This document shows, piece by piece, positions 58,668 through 64,000 of a DNA stretch of 64,000 nt (positions within the stretch are counted from its first letter, which is position 1; each line of letters begins with the position of its first letter). A program made the translations under genes and the position numbers. Origin of the DNA: Massalongia carnosa (taxonomy: Eukaryota). The stretch lies in NCBI GenBank assembly GCA_965645245.1, contig OZ287086.1:124001-188000 (forward strand). The letters run 5' to 3'. Under the pieces are notes generated by a model. It was not told the DNA's origin. It saw nothing but the letters and a program-made list of their open reading frames with translations, and did not search any database.

Positions 58668-61600
58668 ACATCGCAACCCTTCTATTGACCCGTTCTGCTA
58701 GGGGGCAAAATGTCAGCCACATAGTGACGCCGGTTACTATGATATGCGGTAAGTTCAAGTTGACGGTAAGAGGTCTCATAGATTGTGGTGCAACTTTGAA
58801 CTTTATCACCCAGATCCTAATTAAGAGGTTGGGTTGTGAGCCTGGCGTTGATCTCCCGCATGGGGTTCGGACCATTGACGGTACTGCGCTCAGGACCTAT
58901 CAACTTCATACTTTGTACGCCAAAGTTGTGGACTCGATAGAGAATGAGCGTGTTACCAAGGCGGACTTCATCGCAGCAGACTTCGCTGGATTCGATGTTA
59001 TTCTGGGCCTACCATGGCTAATACGGGAAGATCCCGAGATAGCATGGGGTCAGCGGAAGTGGTGGTTTCGGCTAGGGCCTGCGTCGCCACCGTTCCCACT
59101 TCCACCGTTGCAAAAAATACAGGTTCATAAACCCACGCATTTGCCACCGGTACCTGGAAGTCATTTAATGAATGGACCCACGCTACCTAAAGGGCGGTAC
59201 AAGCTCGTGAGGCAAAGAGCCTTGGCAAAAAGAAGAAAGCAACTGCCCATACCTGCTCCGCTTAGGAGCCGTAGAAGTTCAGTCGGACGCTCTGTGAGTC
59301 CAGAGAAGAAGTCAGCGACATCGATCGTTGCAAAGAATGTACAGTTGTCATCGGAGTCTTCTTTCGTGAACCCGAATAATGTACATGAGACCAAGAGAAG
59401 TCTTACTTCGGAAGATATCTTCATGAGTTCTTCTACTAGGAAAGAACCGTATAATGCGCGTGACGAACCCGTATCTATAAACATAGCATTACTTAGTGCA
59501 GAGGAGTTTGATGAATGTATCACAGAAGTTGGTGCTTATCTCTTTGCCATCGAAGTAACGGATGTGACCCGTGATAGTCCCGTACTCGGTGCGACCGTTG
59601 AAGTCATTCTTCGTGAGGAGTGTCAAGACTTCCTCGATGTCTTTTCTGAAGAGAAAGCAAACAAGCTTCCCGCTCATGCATCTCATGATCATGCAATAGA
59701 AACGGAAGGTAGTCAACCCCGGTACGGGCCTATCTATCCTCTTTCCATTGTAGAATTAGAGGTCTTGAGAAAGTACATAGACGAGCACCTCGCGAAAGGC
59801 TTCATCACCCCATCCGTATCTCCAGCGGGAGCACCCATACTCTTTGTAAAGAAGAGCGATGGAGAGTTGCGTTTATGCGTAGACTATCGAGGACTAAACT
59901 CCATCACCATTAAGAATCGACATCCTCTGCCTTTAATCGCAGAAGTATTAGATCGACTGGTGGGAGCAAAGTTCTTTACAAAGATAGACCTGCGTGCCGC
60001 ATACAATCTGATACGTATCCGGGCAGGTGACGAATGGAAGACGGCGTTTAGAACCCGTTATGGACACTTCGAATATAAGGACATGTCATTCGGACTAGCA
60101 AATGCCCCAGCGACATTTCAAGCATATATTAATAACTCGCTGCGCGAGTTTCTTGATCTGTTCGCAATTGCATTCCTAGATGATATTCTCATCTTCTCGG
60201 AGACGTTCGATGAAAATGTGGAACACGTACGAAAAGTACTCGGGAGGCTGCGGGAGTTCAAACTCTTCGCGAAGCTATCGAAGTGCGAGTTCCATGTGTT
60301 AGAAACCCTGTTCCTTGGGTTCTAAGTTAGTAGGCGCGGATGGAATTTCTATGGACCCCAGCCGCGTCGAGACTATTCGGAGCTGGCCTGAACCGGGAAC
60401 ACATAGAGACGTGCAGGTCTTTTTAGGCTTTGCCAATTTCTATCGCAGATTCATTGAGGCGTTTGCCCGCATAGTATCCGCACTCTCCGATCTGTTGAAA
60501 GGAAGTACAAAAGGAAAATTTACAACCGAATTTATCCTAACAGAAGAGGGTCGAAAGGCCTTTCACCGTCTAAAGCCGGCGTTTATGACGGCACCCATGC
60601 TTCGTCATTTCGATCCCAGTCTGAAGATAAGGATTGAAACGGACGCATCGGGATTTGCTGTCTCTGCGATCATTACTCAATTAAATCCAGAGACAGGACA
60701 ATGGCATCCTATTGCATACTGGTCTAGGAAAATGACTGATCCTGAGAGAAATTATGGCATCGGCGAAGCCGAAATGCTGCCATCGTAGGAGCGTGCCGGC
60801 AGTGGAGACACTACGTAGAAGGCGCGGCTCATCCTATTGAAGTCATTACCGACCATGCAAACTTGAGAAATTTTCTTACTAGCAAAAATCTCAATAGAAG
60901 AGAGGCTAGGTGGTGGGAGAGACTCTCCGGCCTAGATCTTCAAATAACGTTAATATACCGCCCGGGGAAACTCAATCCTGCGGATGCGCCCTCCCGACGG
61001 AGCGACTACGCCCCTCTCGGTAAGGCGGAGACGCTTCTGGCCACGCTGTCAGGAAGCAGTCAAACAATCATTTCTTAATACAGGGGGAGGAGCCTTGCTG
61101 ACCGCAACAAGCAGGCCCCATCCTAAGCCCGGCATCGTATCGGAGGAACTGCTTAGGAACGGTGCTCAAACACCGTGGGATATATCCCGAAGCGCATTTG
61201 CCTCGTTAGTTCCGAAGGAAGGATCTTCTGTGCCTTCTGCGGGCACTACACGGAGTCCTTCCGAACTCACAACGAGAAGAGATTCCAGTCTTAAGGGAGA
61301 AAATTCCACTACCCTGACTGATCTTCGCGAGCCCGCCGAGGAAGCGTGGTCGTTCCAGCTCGCGGACGTTGCAGGACCGCAGACCCTGGTGTCAAAAGAT
61401 ACTGTGAAAGAAGTAACTCAGTATGAAACGGCCTATGCTGTGCCCTCTTTAGAATTGCGCACCGTTTTACAAATCTTACAGGAGGCTGATCACCTTGTGC
61501 AGGAAAAACGGCCCCTCACCGCACAGTCGGAGTTGTGGGAGCGTGAGGACAGAGAGAGTACGGACGATACAGTGGTAAGAAGAGACTCTGTGCAAAGCAA

Positions 61601-63067
61601 CACATCGCCGGCCCAGCTCAGGCAACCCGAAGGTGCAGAGACGGCTAGGCAAAAATATGTTAACTCCATGACCAAAAGAAAGTGGCATATGGATGGAGAA
61701 CTCTTATGTTATAATGAGAAATGGTATGTTCCTGCTGGTCTTTTGAGAAGACGCTTACTTGAACGTAATCATGACGATCCCTTTGCGGGCCATTTCGGAT
61801 TCGATAGAACTCTTGACTTGATAAGAAGAAAGTATTATTGGCCAGGTATGTACAAAGACGTAAAGCATTATGTCGAGACATGCGCAAAATGTCATCGGGC
61901 AAAAGCCGTAAGGCACAAGCCCTGGGGACAATAATCTTCCCTTCCCCTTCCTAGAGCCCCATTCAGTGATATGACAATGGACTTTATCACCGATCTTCCG
62001 CCCAGCATGCGGAGAGGCCTCGTATCAGACTCGATACTTGTGGCCGTCGATCGTTATACAAAGTTCGCCATTTATATTCCCTCAAGAATGGACTGGTCAG
62101 CCGAAATAATGGCCGATGCTGTGTTTGACCTAGTCTATGGTCAGCATGGAATGCCTGAGAATTAGGTCACTGACAGAGGCAGTCTGTTTACCTCTCATTT
62201 CTGGGAAACTTTTTGCGCACACCTGTCGATACTGTGCCGCTACAGCAGCGCGTTTCACCCGCAAACTGACGGGCAGACAGAAAGACAAAATCAGACCTTG
62301 GAACAATATCTTCGTACTTTATCAATTATCAGCAAGATGACTGGGCACAATGGTTAATTGTTGCTGCATTTGCTTACAATAATAGCGTTCACACGACTAC
62401 CGGGGTGAGTCCATTCTTCGCCGCCTATGGCCGTCATCCCAGATGGGAAGAAGAAATCAAGGACGTAAATACAGACATCCCGGCGGCCAGGGTGCGGGCA
62501 GAGGGACTCACAGAGATGAGACGCATGCTCGAAGCAAGATGGAAATCCATCATGGAGAAACAAGCCAAGAATTATGACAAAAAACATGTCCCTCACAACT
62601 TCAGCAAAGGAGAAAAGGTATGGTTGAATGGAAAGAACATCCGCACCATTAGACCTTCCAAGAAGTTGGACTTCAAATTCTTTGGACCTTGTGAAATCAT
62701 AGAACCCATAGGTAAGCAGGCGTACAGGCTCCGGCTTCCCACCACAGCGAAAGGCATACATGATGTTTTTCATGTGTCTCTATTGGAACCTTATAAGGTA
62801 TCCGCCGATAGAGAAGAGCCTCAGCCGCCGCCAATGGAAGTTGACGGCGAAGAACAATGGGAAATAGAAGATGTACTAGACAGCCGCTTCTATTATGGGA
62901 AAATACAATACTTAGTAAAGTGGTTGGGTTACCCAGATACGGATAACCAGTGGCTACCGGCCGGGGAAATGGAGGGAGCAAGAGAATTGACCTCGTCGTT
63001 TCATGAGAGGTATCCAAATAAACCACCAAGTGGTGGGCCACCCAAGAAACGACGACGACTCAACTAA
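58646..63067 (+). pseudogene. Gypsy pol (PR, RT, RNase H, integrase, chromodomain), disrupted
   Basis: [32 protein letters not shown]...GH...C..C, MDFI, EQWEIEDVLDSR...YLVKWLGY...NQW, C-terminal PKKRRR. Frameshifts and stops. Confidence 0.92.
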
Positions 63068-64000
63068 GATGGAGACTCACTTCAAGTCACAATCAATCCA
63101 GCTTAAAGCGAGCAATGATGGAAAGTAAGATTGTTGATGTTACTTGGAAGAAGATTCTACGGGGAAGCGGGGTAACAACACTTGTACGTCTGGCGCGAAA
63201 TGGCGCACAGTCCGGCTCAAAAAAGCGGAGTTGTTACGAGAGTTAGGATTTAAGTCTTCCAAGAGTGAGGTTATTCCCAACTCGCGATAATGCGGCTCCT
63301 GAGGACAGTAGCCCTAAGGGGAGGCCTATTGTTACAGCGCCGCCGTATAAGGCTGATTATTACTAAGCCTGATGACTCAGTGGTGCTGAGTGGTAGTATA
63401 AAGACCAGATGGTCTGCACCTTCCAAGGCTGGCACCTTCCTATTTTAGTTAGTTAGCTTAGACTAGTGCTGGTAAAACCAGGCCTTTTGGCCTGGGAAAA
63501 ATATCATCTGCTTTCTACCTTCAGAACGCTTTTCGGGTCCATAGCTTTTCTTGCTGAACACAGTCATACTATAGTCAGGTCAAGCGATGACTAATGGGAC
63601 GGGACAGAAGGTCAGTTGGCATAGTTGGCAGAGTACTGAAGAAACTCGACCTCGACTATTCCCACTGATCTATATAATGTGGTGTGAGGCCCACCTAGAT
63701 AGATCATCTTACAATTTAACTACTAATTTGTTCTACTCTTAACCCACTACACTACTCCTAGTCCAGAGCCACTCTCATACTATCAGTACGATGAACAAAG
63801 CACCTACGGCTGCCCTAGATGGACAGATCATCTACGGAAACCGTAGATGCCGCAATAGGCTTAGTCCCAAGATAAGATAAGATCACCTCGATTAGAAGGG
63901 GGTGACCAGTAATAGGAAAAGATTGCTGCCTAGCAACTCTTCATCCTTAACATCTCGGTCATACATACCTTTATTATTACATAGCCATATAGCCATAGTC

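Larger units (their letters stand above)
56941..63779 (+). mobile_element. Ty3/Gypsy chromovirus (Tf1/sushi-like), degenerate
   Basis: LTRs 56941-57222 and 63330-63779. TSD CTATC. PPT AAGGGGAGG. Domain order gag-PR-RT-RH-IN-chromo. Confidence 0.95.
56900..64000. mobile_element. LTR of the 22884-23157 family, split by the Gypsy insertion (56900-56940 plus 63785 onward)
   Basis: TGTTGAATATCC...CACCTATC joined to AGTACGATGAAC... matches 22884-23157. Confidence 0.88.

Noticed and set aside
917..63041. Numerous short antisense or overlapping ORFs in the ORF track
   Set aside because: Shadows of TE or host coding sequence with no independent motifs.

Overview
This is a repeat-dense window from a filamentous ascomycete genome, judged by short GT-AG introns with CTRAC branch sites, HET, NLR and HeLo genes, Tad-type LINEs and RIP-like C>T/G>A lesions. 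Most of it is nested transposons: two tyrosine-recombinase (DIRS/Ngaro-type) retrotransposons, one intact and one internally deleted Copia, a chromodomain Gypsy, two tail-to-tail LINEs, a MULE, a PIF/Harbinger fragment, a foldback element, several solo LTRs with TSDs, and a telomere-linked-type RecQ helicase relic. The recognisable host genes nearly all belong to non-self-recognition or cell-death families: an intact HET-domain gene, an apparently intact NACHT-ankyrin NLR, and a decayed convergent pair (kinase-SEL1-ankyrin gene plus HeLo-pseudokinase gene) that resembles a RIPK/MLKL necroptosis module. The two most novel signals are (1) this kinase/MLKL-like pair and (2) an expression scheme shared by both divergent YR retroelements: gag and pol in frame across a single stop codon (readthrough), and an ATG-less recombinase ORF apparently reached by a position- and phase-conserved intron from gag. 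All family assignments come from motif recognition by eye; no database searches were run.
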